64,000 nt of DNA from Perna viridis (GCA_037379345.1 CM074519.1:31336103-31400102); one strand, 5' to 3'; counted from the first letter of the stretch, positions 37,701 to 48,300 are shown. A program made the numbers and translations. Notes: generated by a model not told the origin, from the letters alone.

Positions 37701-37972
37701 TACATGTATCCATTCCACATAACATACATGTATTTTCCTTTAGTAATAAACTATTTAAAGTAGTTTTAATTATGTAGTACGAAAGTTAAGCAATAAAATG
37801 TACATGCAAAAGTTATATAAAGAGAGACTCCTATATTCAACCAACCTCCATCAAGAACATCAAGGCCTTCTTTTAGTGCACCATATCTGAGTATGTAACA
37901 CAGTCTTTTAGACAGGCGGTCTTCAGATTTGTCTTCAACATATTTCTGCTCCTTTATACATGAAGATGCCAT
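31407..37972 (-). CDS. Chimeric protein: Tpt1/TRPT1/KptA N-terminal RNA lobe + BC-box-like motif + AMN1/FBXL-type leucine-rich repeats; 5 exons, 978 nt, 325 aa
   Basis: Exons: 37972-37846, 37447-37269, 35988-35873, 33795-33579, 31745-31407; GT-AG introns with consistent phases 1, 0, 2, 0. The N-terminus LSKRLCYILRYGALKEGL..DGGFVDL...RRF...YVRA resembles TRPT1 LSKALSYALRHGALKLGL..DGFVPL...KQRF...IRA. It is followed by VTTLVSTCLDFI..FPDE and Cys-containing LRRs (LEHLNLDGVYVTE, CPNLKMLSLKDC..ITD, ISLCACKHLTD, LRQLNLSW, CEHLEHLDI). Confidence 0.88.
31949..32203 (-). repeat. Inverted repeat arm A (about 255 bp)
   Basis: Near-perfect reverse complement of 36574-36828; the ORF track gives the same spurious peptide on opposite strands. 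Confidence 0.9.
32113..32706. repeat. Direct tandem duplication, about 300 bp, 2 copies
   Basis: 32113-32402 is almost identical to 32419-32706. Confidence 0.88.
32697..33552 (+). mobile_element. MITE family A copy interrupted by a retroelement fragment
   Basis: Left part 32697-32790 and right part 33399-33552, ending atggactggtac|ttaa. Confidence 0.7.
32815..33398 (+). mobile_element. 5'-truncated Penelope-like retroelement fragment (RT C-terminus plus 3' tail)
   Basis: Frameshifted LYNKHDDF / FKIVNFPFICGNIPSAPVYGVFISQLIPYARAC...LLEQGY..RLKSSLQKFYGRHHELV. The 3' tail is shared with the 22450 and 54050 copies. Confidence 0.7.
33579..33795 (-). CDS. Tpt1N-LRR gene exon 4 (LRR)
   Basis: KMIHRLKRQKKLNNGTLRQLLIPVLEHLNLDG...CPNLKMLSLKDCGYVITDNLMQQLLK. 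Confidence 0.88.
34044..35253 (+). mobile_element. MITE family A copy with an internal 37-bp tandem expansion and a nested small MITE
   Basis: Starts gtagcagtc and ends atggactggtac|ttaa; the element sequence resumes directly after the array. Confidence 0.65.
34125..34732. repeat. 37-bp minisatellite, about 16 copies
   Basis: gttacagaccacataaccagtcttggtttgtcagtca repeats. Confidence 0.92.
35388..35759 (+). mobile_element. Second copy of the HINE/pearl-like element
   Basis: ggagcctgaaatgctcacctgg ... ccaggtgagctaaaa; shares internal sequence with 3418-4046. Confidence 0.5.
35873..35988 (-). CDS. Tpt1N-LRR gene exon 3 (BC-box-like)
   Basis: NDCHESSNVTTLVSTCLDFISSNIDMYDLQEFPDEFLI; tttcag acceptor, gtaagg donor. 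Confidence 0.82.
36574..36828 (+). repeat. Inverted repeat arm B (about 255 bp)
   Basis: See arm A. Confidence 0.9.
37269..37447 (-). CDS. Tpt1N-LRR gene exon 2
   Basis: GFVDLSQLMALG...HRGARRFESKMNNGKTYVRARFCRNLEQ. Confidence 0.85.
37846..37972 (-). CDS. Tpt1N-LRR gene exon 1
   Basis: MASSCIKEQKYVEDKSEDRLSKRLCYILRYGALKEGLDVLDG; gttggt donor. Confidence 0.85.
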
Positions 37973-39748
37973 GCTGATTATAGAAAGTTTTCAATAGCTT
38001 TGGTTAATTGTTTAAAAAAAATGTTTTATAGAAGCGCCTACCGTTGTACAAATGTCACGGGATTTCTTAGTGTTGTGAAATGAACTATGTTGACTAAGAG
38101 AAAAGAGTACCGGATGACGAAACAAATTGTAAAAACTTGACAATTGTAGTTCAGACGCTAATTTATCCCGCTGGTATATTTGACAAAACAACTTTTACCT
38201 TTAGTTTTTAAGGCCTGAACAGCTGATTCTGTCAGCAACAACAAATGCTGTGGTAAACAGGATGTATTATTCTGATAGCAACATTTTACGATGTCGGTTT
38301 AAAATCCGGAATATATATCATGGTTCCAAATCAAATATCAAAATATCAAATAAGCTTAATCTAAAGTCGGCAAGTTATGTAAAAAATGAAAAAGTAATTA
38401 GTCAATTTGTAATACAGGTACGGTAATACTCATTTTCTATATCAGGTTAAAAAAACCTTTTGAAAAGTAGTAGAAATTGACATTATTTTGTGCATGATCA
38501 AAATTTGATTATAGCGAATATCATTAATCTAAAATTCATGCTAAATAAAATGAAGTATGTTTCAATGTTATGAATTATGAGTTCAATTACTCTCAAAAAT
38601 AATACATTTCTGTTTCAGGAATTGAATAGAATTGTCTGTAAGGAACAAGTTTCGGTATATGACAAAGACACCCCCCCCCCAAAAAAATACTACATTTATA
38701 GAATAAACTCCCCAAAACTGCCAGAAATTAGGAAACTTTTTCCGACGCAGTCGAAATAGTTTCGCTGTTCACCCTTTGACCTTAAAGACGCTCTTCCATG
38801 GAAACGCAAGTCACCTGATCGAAATTCTGTTTCCAGATTGGCCAAATACTGATAACTTAGTGGTGTTCGAAAAAGGAAATTGAAATTGCGTGCATTGCGT
38901 TATTTCCTGATGAAAATTATAAGTAAAAAGAATACATTTTACTACGTCGGCTATCTTTTTTTAAAAGATATTGCTTGTTTTAAAATTTTAACCAGGTTTT
39001 CGTATATAATACATATTGTTTTCTCCATATATTATGGTTAATATGGTGATGAATATCAAATTAATCATGCTCAGATGTCTTAACAATCAGTTAATGTTAT
39101 ATCCTTCAACAATTAATGGTGTTATGAAGATTAGCCTGATCTAATTTTTTAAGTTATAAACACAGTTTGCAAATCTAGTACACAAACAAAATACCAAACA
39201 ATCTTCAACTTCCGTCCAAAACATAATTTATAACCTCCTCCCCCTAAACAAAATAATAAAATAATAAAAATATGAAGGACAGGTACCCTATAAAATCTCC
39301 TTATTGTTTTCCCACCCTAAATATTTATTGATGTTTCCCAACTCCAAAGAATTAAAAAAAATCAAATATTTGAAGAAGAAAAAAATAATATAGTCCTAGC
39401 CTATGTGTTGCAAAATGTTTTAGTACCCCGGAAATCAAGTGTATAATATGTCTGCGATCGAGTTCATGTTTTGATATGGATTTGAGGATTTGTTTGATTT
39501 TGCCGTCCATTCAAATTTTTACCAATGACATGAATGTGCTAGTTTGCATGGAACTTAATAAAATTGAGAACCGGGAAAATTTAACTTGAGGTTTTGAGGA
39601 AAATCTTAATTTGAGATTTTTTTTTATAATTTAGATACCTATTCATAGCATGTCTTACGCGTAGAATGATACCTCCTTTTAACCCCATGTTTACCAACGT
39701 GCCTATGTTTGGGTACTTTTGAAAATTATATCAAATGTCAATGATTCT

Positions 39749-39993
39749 TCAAACTTTATTAACAAAGAAATCGGCATGACCCTTTGCTGCAGAAACAGGA
39801 CATTCTATTTCTACGCCATTCTGTTCTTCCCAGGTTGTGGCATTCAAGTACGACAGACGTACAGACGTTGTATTACTGGGTTGGATTTGCCCGACGAACA
39901 TCTGTCGATAATAATATGGTGCAGTTGGGACAGGATAATACAATGTCATCGCTGTGGAGAATGTCAAGGAACCGTTGGTCTCTATTTTATAAT
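39749..39993 (-). CDS. VirK-like gene exon 5 (terminal)
   Basis: DYKIETNGSLTFSTAMTLYYPVPTAPYYYRQMFVGQIQPSNTT...IECPVSAAKGHADFFVNKV*. Confidence 0.82.
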
Positions 39994-42585
39994 CTGTTAA
40001 AAAAAAACATTTAAGCTAGCAATGTAAGATATATATGTGATTAAGAAGAAGTAAAGCAGTATTCAACACTAATTATGAAAACGAAATGAATTATAGAATG
40101 AGTCCCAGATATTCAGATGATTTCATAGCTTGCTGGTGGTTTTTATCCCAGTGGCGGCTCCAGGAGGGGGTACAGGAGGTTGACATCCCTGCTTTTTATT
40201 AAAAAGTTTGTCATTTTCATGTGTAAAATTGACAAATAATGGTATATAATGTCCTACTACCCTCCTCATTTTCTGTGGAATCCCTGCTGGCACCCCTCGT
40301 TTTCAAAGTGTTTGGATCCCCTCGTGCAACCAAAAGTATATGGTGATTGAACTACACAGTTTACCTTTTTAGAATGCCACACACCTGCACAATATAATTA
40401 TATCTCCTGAATATGTTAAGATATAATTTAAATGTCGACTTATTTTTTTTCACGACGCTAATCGCTAATAGTATACGGTTACCTTGAAGTTTGCCCCCGA
40501 CAAAACCTTGTCCACAGTTTTCACCAGGCGGACATGCACAGCCTTTCATATTGATCACAAATCGAACAGGCTCACCATCAACAATTGTCTTCCGCACGGC
40601 AGCGTATGAACTTAGTTTACTAGACGAAGAAGTGTCGCTGGCTCTAAATGAACTGTTGAAAGAGAACAGGAACCATTTAAGGCACACCGTCGGAAACCCA
40701 TGAGTACAGTTGACTTCGCTCCGAGCAGTTCTCCGTCATGTGGAAAATGGATTCTAATCTAATTCGAATTTCGTCTCATCCTTCAACCATCCTCTCCTTT
40801 ATTTAGAACCAAACCAGTTTCTATATGAAAAGAGGAGGATTGCTGGGTCAGATGAAATTCGGAGTCAACCGTGGCTTTACGAAGATGTTATTAGCAAGGC
40901 ATGTTTGAGTTTGAGTTGTTTGCAAAGAAGCCAGATTGATCATACAAAATCATCACAGTGGTGTTTACAATGAATATAGAAGCAATCTCTTCATTCAATT
41001 TGACCTAAAAAGCGAAGAAAAATGTAGACTTCATAAAAATAATTGGACTTAGATTTTATGATGTTCGAAAATTTAGAGAGAAGTACATTTCGATGATTTA
41101 GATTGCGATGTGAGTAAATGCATTGTTAAAGCTTTGTAGTTTAATAAACTGTACGGAACTTAAGTCTTACATATCACTGTTTCCAGAATCCCAGGTACAA
41201 ATAACCATCTTGATGCCGTTTGAGTTGTTTGCAAAGAAGCCAGATTGATCATACAAAATCATCACAGTGGTGTTTACAATGAATATAGAAGCAATTTCTT
41301 CATTCAACTGACCTGAAATACATATAAATTGTTTTCTCCTATTTGAGCAATTACATTTTGTGAATGTTTGGTGAAATACTTGTTTCCATCTTGTTTTAAA
41401 CTAATATAAATTGATATTACCAACATAATCCAGCAATGGCCATGTTTTACTATGAAGAGCATTTACTGACAGACCCAGAAGGTGCGCTGACTGGTCAAAG
41501 AATGAACTCATTTCAGTGATTTATTAGTCATTTTCTATACAATTAACTATAGCATTCCAACACTTTCCCTATATTTTTCTTTGCTTCGTACGTGGTTGCA
41601 CGTTATGTACCTACTTTCTCCATGACAGTGCTTGCTAGATTGCCTGTAGTACCTTTTAAATCCTAAGGCAGATATGTCATGCACTTCAGGACGAGAACGA
41701 TCGACTGACCAATCGACGGTGCGTCGAACAGACCCCCTTCCAATCGGACCCACTGCGCCGGATTCTTAAACAAAGCAATAGTAGCATGTCACTTGACTCG
41801 GACACATAAGTTATGTAAAAATTTGAATTCATAAAAAATATAGAAGATATATTTAACAAGGTGCACCGGAGTACGGTTCGAGGGACGCGGATCGCATATA
41901 CTAACTACATACCTTTAGTATCTCGCCCGGCGACGTATTTATCGTTGTTAAACACAAGGCTCTCCGTTTGGGAATTAGCATTCGTAGTAAGAAAGAAGTT
42001 GATTTCTCCGCCGAATACTGGTAGGTTTGTAGCCTTTTGGTTTGAAATCGGTTGGCAAGACGACGTATTGAAGAAGTAGGTAACACGGGCGCCATTTGTT
42101 AGGTGTTCCACTAGAGTATGATAGCTGTCTATCGGCGCTGAACTATTAAAAAGATAAATATACTGCGTAGTGAGAGTTACAATGAAAGGTAGAGTTATAC
42201 CAATCTTGGGCACTAGAGGGGCATGTGAATTCATTATAATGTGTACGGCGAATTCATAAAATACATTTTTTCTGTTTGGTGATAACAATTACTACAGTTA
42301 GGGAAAGTTGTAAAGACTAAACTGTCATATACGGTAAAAATAACAGCTCTACCTCCATCAACATCTGCATGGAGCGCAGAGTAGTGTACTGAAAAGTAAA
42401 CATAGAAGTCCTCTCAGGAGTTATTCACACATCGGATGAGGGCATTGAAATCTTACATGCACTCACCCACCCTTGCGCCCCTCAAATGTTCATGGTCTAC
42501 ATGGGAAAGATACTAACGCTATCACAGAATGAACATAAGTCTGTATAAACAAAGGAAAAACACAAGAACCTAATTGTCTGTACAT
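39749..42585 (-). CDS. Probably secreted protein with two tandem VirK-like domains; 5 exons, 855 nt, 284 aa
   Basis: Exons: 42585-42518, 42142-41913, 41312-41171, 40652-40483, 39993-39749; GT-AG introns with phases 2, 1, 2, 1 join into one open frame. Repeat 1: IDSYHTLVEHLTNGARVTYFFNTSSC...FGGEINFF...LVF...VIC..ISF. Repeat 2: LSSYAAVRKTIVDGEPVRFVINMKGC...VGGKLQDYKIETNGSLTFS...QIQPSNTT..L....IECPV....DFF. Both fit the recalled VirK (PF06903) pattern. Exon 1 is signal-peptide-like and is the least certain exon. Confidence 0.8.
40483..40652 (-). CDS. VirK-like gene exon 4
   Basis: SFRASDTSSSSKLSSYAAVRKTIVDGEPVRFVINMKGCACPPGENCGQGFVGGKLQ. Confidence 0.82.
40764..40862. repeat. Imperfect hairpin / mini-MITE in VirK-like intron 3
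   Basis: gaatttcgtct...atcctctcctt..tagaa / ttcta..aagaggaggat...agatgaaattc. Confidence 0.55.
40910..41006 (-). pseudogene. Partial duplicate (pseudo-exon) of VirK-like exon 3 within intron 3
   Basis: Near-identical to 41219-41314. It has its own ttttag acceptor but carries a +1 insertion (GTCAAATTG vs GTCAGTTG) and lacks the 3' part and donor. Confidence 0.75.
41171..41312 (-). CDS. VirK-like gene exon 3
   Basis: GQLNEEIASIFIVNTTVMILYDQSGFFANNSNGIKMVICTWDSGNSD; tttcag acceptor, gtaaga donor. Confidence 0.8.
41913..42142 (-). CDS. VirK-like gene exon 2
   Basis: SAPIDSYHTLVEHLTNGARVTYFFNTSSCQP...DKYVAGRDTK; ttaatag acceptor, gtatgt donor. Confidence 0.82.
42518..42585 (-). CDS. VirK-like gene exon 1 (putative signal peptide MYRQLGSCVFPLFIQTYVHSVIA)
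   Basis: ATG at 42585; GC|gttagt donor gives the phase 2 required by exon 2. Confidence 0.55.
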
Positions 42586-43119
42586 AGTAGTTCTTATCTA
42601 TGATCTGAAGTGTTAGAAAGGAGGACACGTTGGATGGTAAAACACAGATTTGTTCCCTAACATTTGATGTGAAGACAATTCTAACGGGAAGTATTTCATT
42701 TGAGGACTTCATTTTTACAACTTGAGTTAAGAGCGATGCAACTGATGATCGCCTCCAAAATTAAAAAAAAAAAATGAAGAGAACCTATAATTGTTTTTAG
42801 TTGACTAGAATGATCCTTGTAAAGACTAACACAAGAAACAAAACAATAAATATTGTTTGACCAAAAAAGGGTGGTAATAATTGGATAACACCACCTAGCT
42901 CATTAAATTGAAACAAAGACATAGGCGGTTCAAGGGACACAACTCTTATGATCGGAAATATTGTTTGATTATATTTAAAAACACTGATGCCACTCCCACC
43001 CTTTCGGGAATTTCTGGAGGCATGCGATCCAAACATCTACTCTTGATGTAGATCTATGACCGGACGGATATACAAGAAAGAAGAAACAAATGAAATGATG
43101 TATAATTATCAAATTAAAT

Positions 43120-43168
43120 AAAAACAAACAAACAAAACAAAACAAAACAAAACAAAACAAACCAAACT
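43120..43168. repeat. (AAAAC)n microsatellite
   Basis: Read directly from the sequence. Confidence 0.85.
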
Positions 43169-45189
43169 AGATAGGCTTAAAAAAAAAACCCATACACAAA
43201 CAAGTATATTTACAAAAAATTGACATAAAGCTACAGTAAACTACCGAGTTGAAGAACTATTCGATCTTCCCTAAGAAAAGAAAGGGAAAAAGTTTGTTTT
43301 TCGAAGGCAAAAAATCAAAAAAACAGAAATAAAAAGAAAAAAGAAGAAAAAAGAAGAAAAAAACAATCGGTCGTATAATGGTATCGATGTTTGAGTTAGA
43401 AATCAAGTAAATTAACAACTGATAGCTATAGGTTGAAAACAAATTGATTAAAAATACTGATTAAAATTTAACATATTTATATATTATAGGCGTACGAAAT
43501 TGGACAGCGCCTTAAAAAATCATTTTAAAAAATTTTTGGTCCGATTTTGATTTTTTTTTTGTTGGATTCATTATAAAAATCTCTGACTGCATTATTCTAT
43601 CAGAGCTCTATTATCTATTAATTTACGTTTATCGAGTTATAAGAGACCAGAGGACATCACCCCAAAAATCGACCTTTAGTTTATTTTTGATCACATTTTG
43701 AGATTCCTTATGAAAATTCCATGCTTGTGTTTTTCTATCAGATTTCAGATATCGCTTGCGGTTTTCGATTTACATTGGGTTAAAGGGGCCACACCCCAAA
43801 AAATCGACTTTTAACATTTTTGATCCAATTTTGATTTTTTTATTGAACTAATTTTGAAAGTCCTTGCCAACAGATTTACATCTCTAAGATTTTTTAGTTA
43901 TAGGGATCGAATGCAAAGTTCTTCAAGCATCCTTAAAGCAAAACTGTTTTCACTTTTAATTGCATTTTCAATGTTGTGCGTTATTGAGTCAAAAACGCTT
44001 GTTGTGTCCATAATGAGCCATAAATCCATACGCTCAAGTGTGTCAAAACTAATATTGTGTCCACGCTAGTACTTGTCCCAAGTGAACAAAATTCAACATA
44101 TATGCAGCAGTCGTATCATACTGCGTCGTATTATTTTTTGTGTGCATTTTTTGATTTCTTGGTTCAGCAGTAAATTTGAGTTCATTTTAGAGTCATTGAT
44201 ATTCTTGATCAACATATCAGAGTTACTGCTCCTGATTATATGACATTATTAGAAGGATATCCCGGGTAAAACTATTTACTATATTTCCTTCTGCTAGGCA
44301 AAGAAAATTCTTTCAAAAAGCATTTGATAAAACGGCCGCGTGGATTTAAAGTAATTAATTATAAATTCTTATAACATCAAATTTTATTCTATATATGCTA
44401 TAATTTAATTATTATACACTTTGTTTGCACATCTGTCTATTGGTGTTGTGGGATAATTTTGAAATAAATTCAAGATATCTTGACAGCATTCTGTTTGAGC
44501 AAATGCCACTATTGTGTAATTGTGTACATGCTTGCCCTAAGTAAAAAGAAATCAACATGTTGCGGTTGTATCATGCTGCACTCTACGATGCTCTTTATTA
44601 GTACGGATATCGCCTTATGACATCGGAAAGAATAGAACTTTGCTTAAAAGGTGGCATTGTATTACATGTGATAATAGAGCTGTATTTGTTCAATGGACTA
44701 AGAAGTGCATGGTTCGTGCATGTCTTCTTCATCATACCTAATTATATAATAATATTCTAAGATTTCGGTGTTTATGTTGATGTACGAGTTTTTGGAACTA
44801 GCTGCACAGAAACATTTATAAGCGCCTATATCGAAGAAAATATACATGATGTCGGATAGTTTTGGCAAGCACACCAACAACGAACCTAAATATTACGCAA
44901 AGCTGTCAGAATTCTACGATGCCGTCTAAATTTTTGTGTGATATTTAAAACGGTCTTTCGTAATCAGAATGGCGAATTTCAATAAATCAATTCTACAAAT
45001 TAAAAAAAAAGCTTGTATTGAGATACGTTTGAAGTTGATCCCGGTCATGTCCTTTTATTTCATTCCTATTTTTGCAAATTGACGAATTTGATAATCATTG
45101 AATCGATATAAATTGATTCAGTAAGTGGTTACTTTGATCAAGGAATTTAATATTTTAACTTTTATCACTTCGTCATTTTTGAAATGTCC

Positions 45190-45300
45190 CTGTTGTCTGA
45201 GCGTAATCACGCGAGACTTTCGTTTGTTTACATTTCCGGTTCCGCTGTTTACACATGAAACCAAACTGTCAAAACAAAGCAAGTACCGATTGACATTTTA
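45190..45300 (+). promoter_or_regulatory. Possible promoter / first exon of a large plus-strand gene
   Basis: ETS-like TTCCGG motif in a CpG-retaining patch; CpG depletion begins immediately downstream. Confidence 0.3.
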
Positions 45301-48300
45301 AAGATAATCTGACAATACATCTATAATAAGGGATATAAATTAAATTTAACATCACTGTCAATTTTTTGTTCTATCATTTAGACCTTCAAGTTAATTCTTC
45401 GAAATTTATAGGCCCTTAACAATGACTTTTTGTTTTGCCTCCTCCACAGTACACACACTTGATATCTTTCACTCAGTTTCAGCATGTTTACATGTTTTCT
45501 TTTTCTTCTTGTTCTCAATTTTATTCACCCTTTTAACTAAAAGAAACCCAATATATATATATTGACCTCATGAGAAGAGATGGGCAACACCTGTAACTTG
45601 TGTCGTTATCGACAGGAAAACTGTGGTGTATGTTGAAATCTCAGTTGTTTGATATATTGTTTCCCTTGAAAATCCTCACTTGTATTTTGTAGGTTTTTTA
45701 AGAAACAAATTATTAGTCTTGGATGAGGATATGCAATGTAGCTCATTTAACCTCACCTGTTAAGGGCACATTTCATGATCAGGGCAGGTCTAGGAAGGGC
45801 AAGGCACCCATTCTTAGGGCAGGGATGGGGCAAAGTGATTGTGGGTACTGCATCTGAGAAAATGATGTAGCAAGAAGATGTACATTTTAGGGGGATTTTT
45901 AAAAGTCATTTTCAATGGCAGCTATATAATGTGTAATATTTCATTGAGGGAGGATACACACTCTTTGTGGGAGCTCAAATATGTGGAATAAAGAATCAGA
46001 TATGGAAAGTTTAACATGTATTTCTCTGACATGCACTGTTCAGATGTCCCATGACTCACAACAGTTCAAACATATTTTCTCCAATGCATGTTTTCACCAA
46101 ATGATTTGATAAAAAAAATATTTGTATCAGGACATTCTTTGACTTCATAATGTCTGCTGATTAGCAAAGTTGGAGAAAATTTAAATACCAGAAGCCCATT
46201 TTCTATCATCCTGAAGAGTCTTATGTGACCCAAAGAATAACATTTTTTAAATTTTCATTAGACCATTTTGGGGCTTCTCTATCATTTAGCGCTTTTGAGA
46301 GCGAAATTTGAGACAGTTGCTACCTTCAGTGCTTATGAAGAAACAATAAAAAATAAATGAACTGTTATGATATAACATAATTGATATAATTTGTTCTTGT
46401 TATGGAAGTTTATGGATGACAAAAATCTCATGACTGTCTTCCCTGTCTCTGGTGCTTGCTTTATGTAGGAGAAAATGCATGTGGCAGAAACCCATTTTCT
46501 ACTATCATGGAAAATTTCTTTTTGACCCATGCATATTCTACATGTATATTGGATCCTTTTCATTTAAATAATGTTTTGACTTCTCTACCATAAAATTTAC
46601 ATGTAGCAAATTAAGCAAATTATTAAGAAGGAAATTAACCCAAAAAAGATTTTGTTTGTGACACAGGTGGTTCAACAACTGAGAAAATTTACCAAGAAAC
46701 ATAGATATTCAAGATTATGGTGGGCAGATACATTTACATGTATAACATTACGTCAAAGTAACCAAATGTACGATTTATCATTTAGGTAAACGAGTACATA
46801 GGAAACTAACTTTCTAACACTAGAACGTTTTCTTTGTCTAGAACAAAATTATTCATTTCATATTATTCTTCTGTATAATATATAAATTACATTGTGTATA
46901 AATTACAAATATTTCATTTAAGGAATTGAGTTTCACTTTTAACCCAGCTTATAATTTCTTTTTCTAGTAATGGGAGATAACTCATGTATACACAGAAAAT
47001 GAAATGGGATCAGGTGAGCCATATCAATTATACAATGTTATATTTTTATTTTTGATAACACTTTCAATGCATATGCTAGAGCATGCTTTTGTGTATGATC
47101 ATTATTTTACTTTTAGCTATTTAAATGTTGTTTCTATTAACTTATGTTGATGAAGAAAGCTTTAAATATACATCCTGAAATTCATAGTCTCATACATGTT
47201 GTTTTATACTTCTATATTCTTGACCTAGTTATCATTTTTGCATTGAAGTTTAGATTATTGTATTACTAGGATTCACTTTTTAACTTCAACCTCCTGGATA
47301 TGTAGTATACCCCTCTCCAAAAACGATGACTCATTGACTCCATTTTGAGAAAAAACTAAAGTTGCATATAAAACTTTACAATTAAAGCACGGATGTCTTA
47401 TAATAAAATGACCTGGTTACATAGGTTTTGTAAGTCTTGTTATTGATCTAGAATTTTTACTGCTGACTAGTTTGCTACTACCAGGTACATCAGTATGTTA
47501 AATAGTTATCAAAATTTTCAATTTCATATTCTCTACCAAATTTTTCATAGTGTAGAAATTGTTTTAAAAAGCATCATATTTTTTTTATCATATTTGTGCG
47601 AAAGAGAATTTCATTGATAAGACCTTAGTCAACTACTTCTTATGCTCTGTGGTGGGAATAAGGGGCCTATTCTCCTGAATTCACATTGTCATGTGACTAG
47701 ACTTACAAGTCCTATTGAGGATGTTCCTAATAAGTAAAAATAGCTTCATAACTGTGCTCTAACATGAAGTCATTATGTAGCTTTGTTTTACATTAAGCCG
47801 AGGAAAAAAGTCTTTTTAAGAATATATGGGGTGAGAAAAAAAGGGTAGGTTAAATTTTTATTTTTTAAAATTATTTTATATAGGCATTTATTGAAGGATA
47901 TCTTGACTTTGATGGTGCTCAACTAAAAGTGGTAGTTTAGAAGCATTTTATATAAAAAATACCAATAAAATTTGCAAGGATAGGCGGTAAAAATATGGTA
48001 GGTAGGGTAACCTTAAACAGACAAGTTTTTTCTATGGCCTTTACTGCTGATAAACATACATATTGTTACAAATGTAAACTCATCCTCTACCAGTCATTCT
48101 TTCTCTGAGAAAATTTATGAATACCTTACTCTTTAGAAAAATAAACAGAGCTCATTATGATTTTATTAATTTGATTAACTAATTAATGCAACATTTACAT
48201 GAACAGATTACTTGATTTGACTGCCTTGATGACCAATTGCTAGCAAAGCCAACATTATGGTCTTCGTGGATTTTTCTGAGCTATCAAAAATATTGGAAAT

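Noticed and set aside
37766-37972. Calling this gene TRPT1
   Set aside because: It lacks the catalytic His, the QGHS motif and the entire HGT/NAD lobe, and continues into LRR exons, so no symbol is given.
23685-37972. Functional cluster of tRNA/RNA quality-control and E3 genes (PTRH2, Tpt1N-LRR, ANAPC7)
   Set aside because: Adjacency alone is weak evidence in animal genomes; it would need conserved synteny or co-expression data.
39719-40703. Plus-strand ORFs at 39719, 39784 and 40491
   Set aside because: Antisense to VirK-like exons 4-5.
39749-42585. Bacterial contamination as the source of the VirK-like sequence
   Set aside because: It is interrupted by four canonical GT-AG introns containing host-type repeats and is contiguous with animal genes.
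43490-44930. Possible gene or transposase upstream of the VirK-like gene
   Set aside because: Only short ORFs with stops and repeated ccccaaaaatcgac motifs; it looks like degraded repeat sequence with no recognisable protein.
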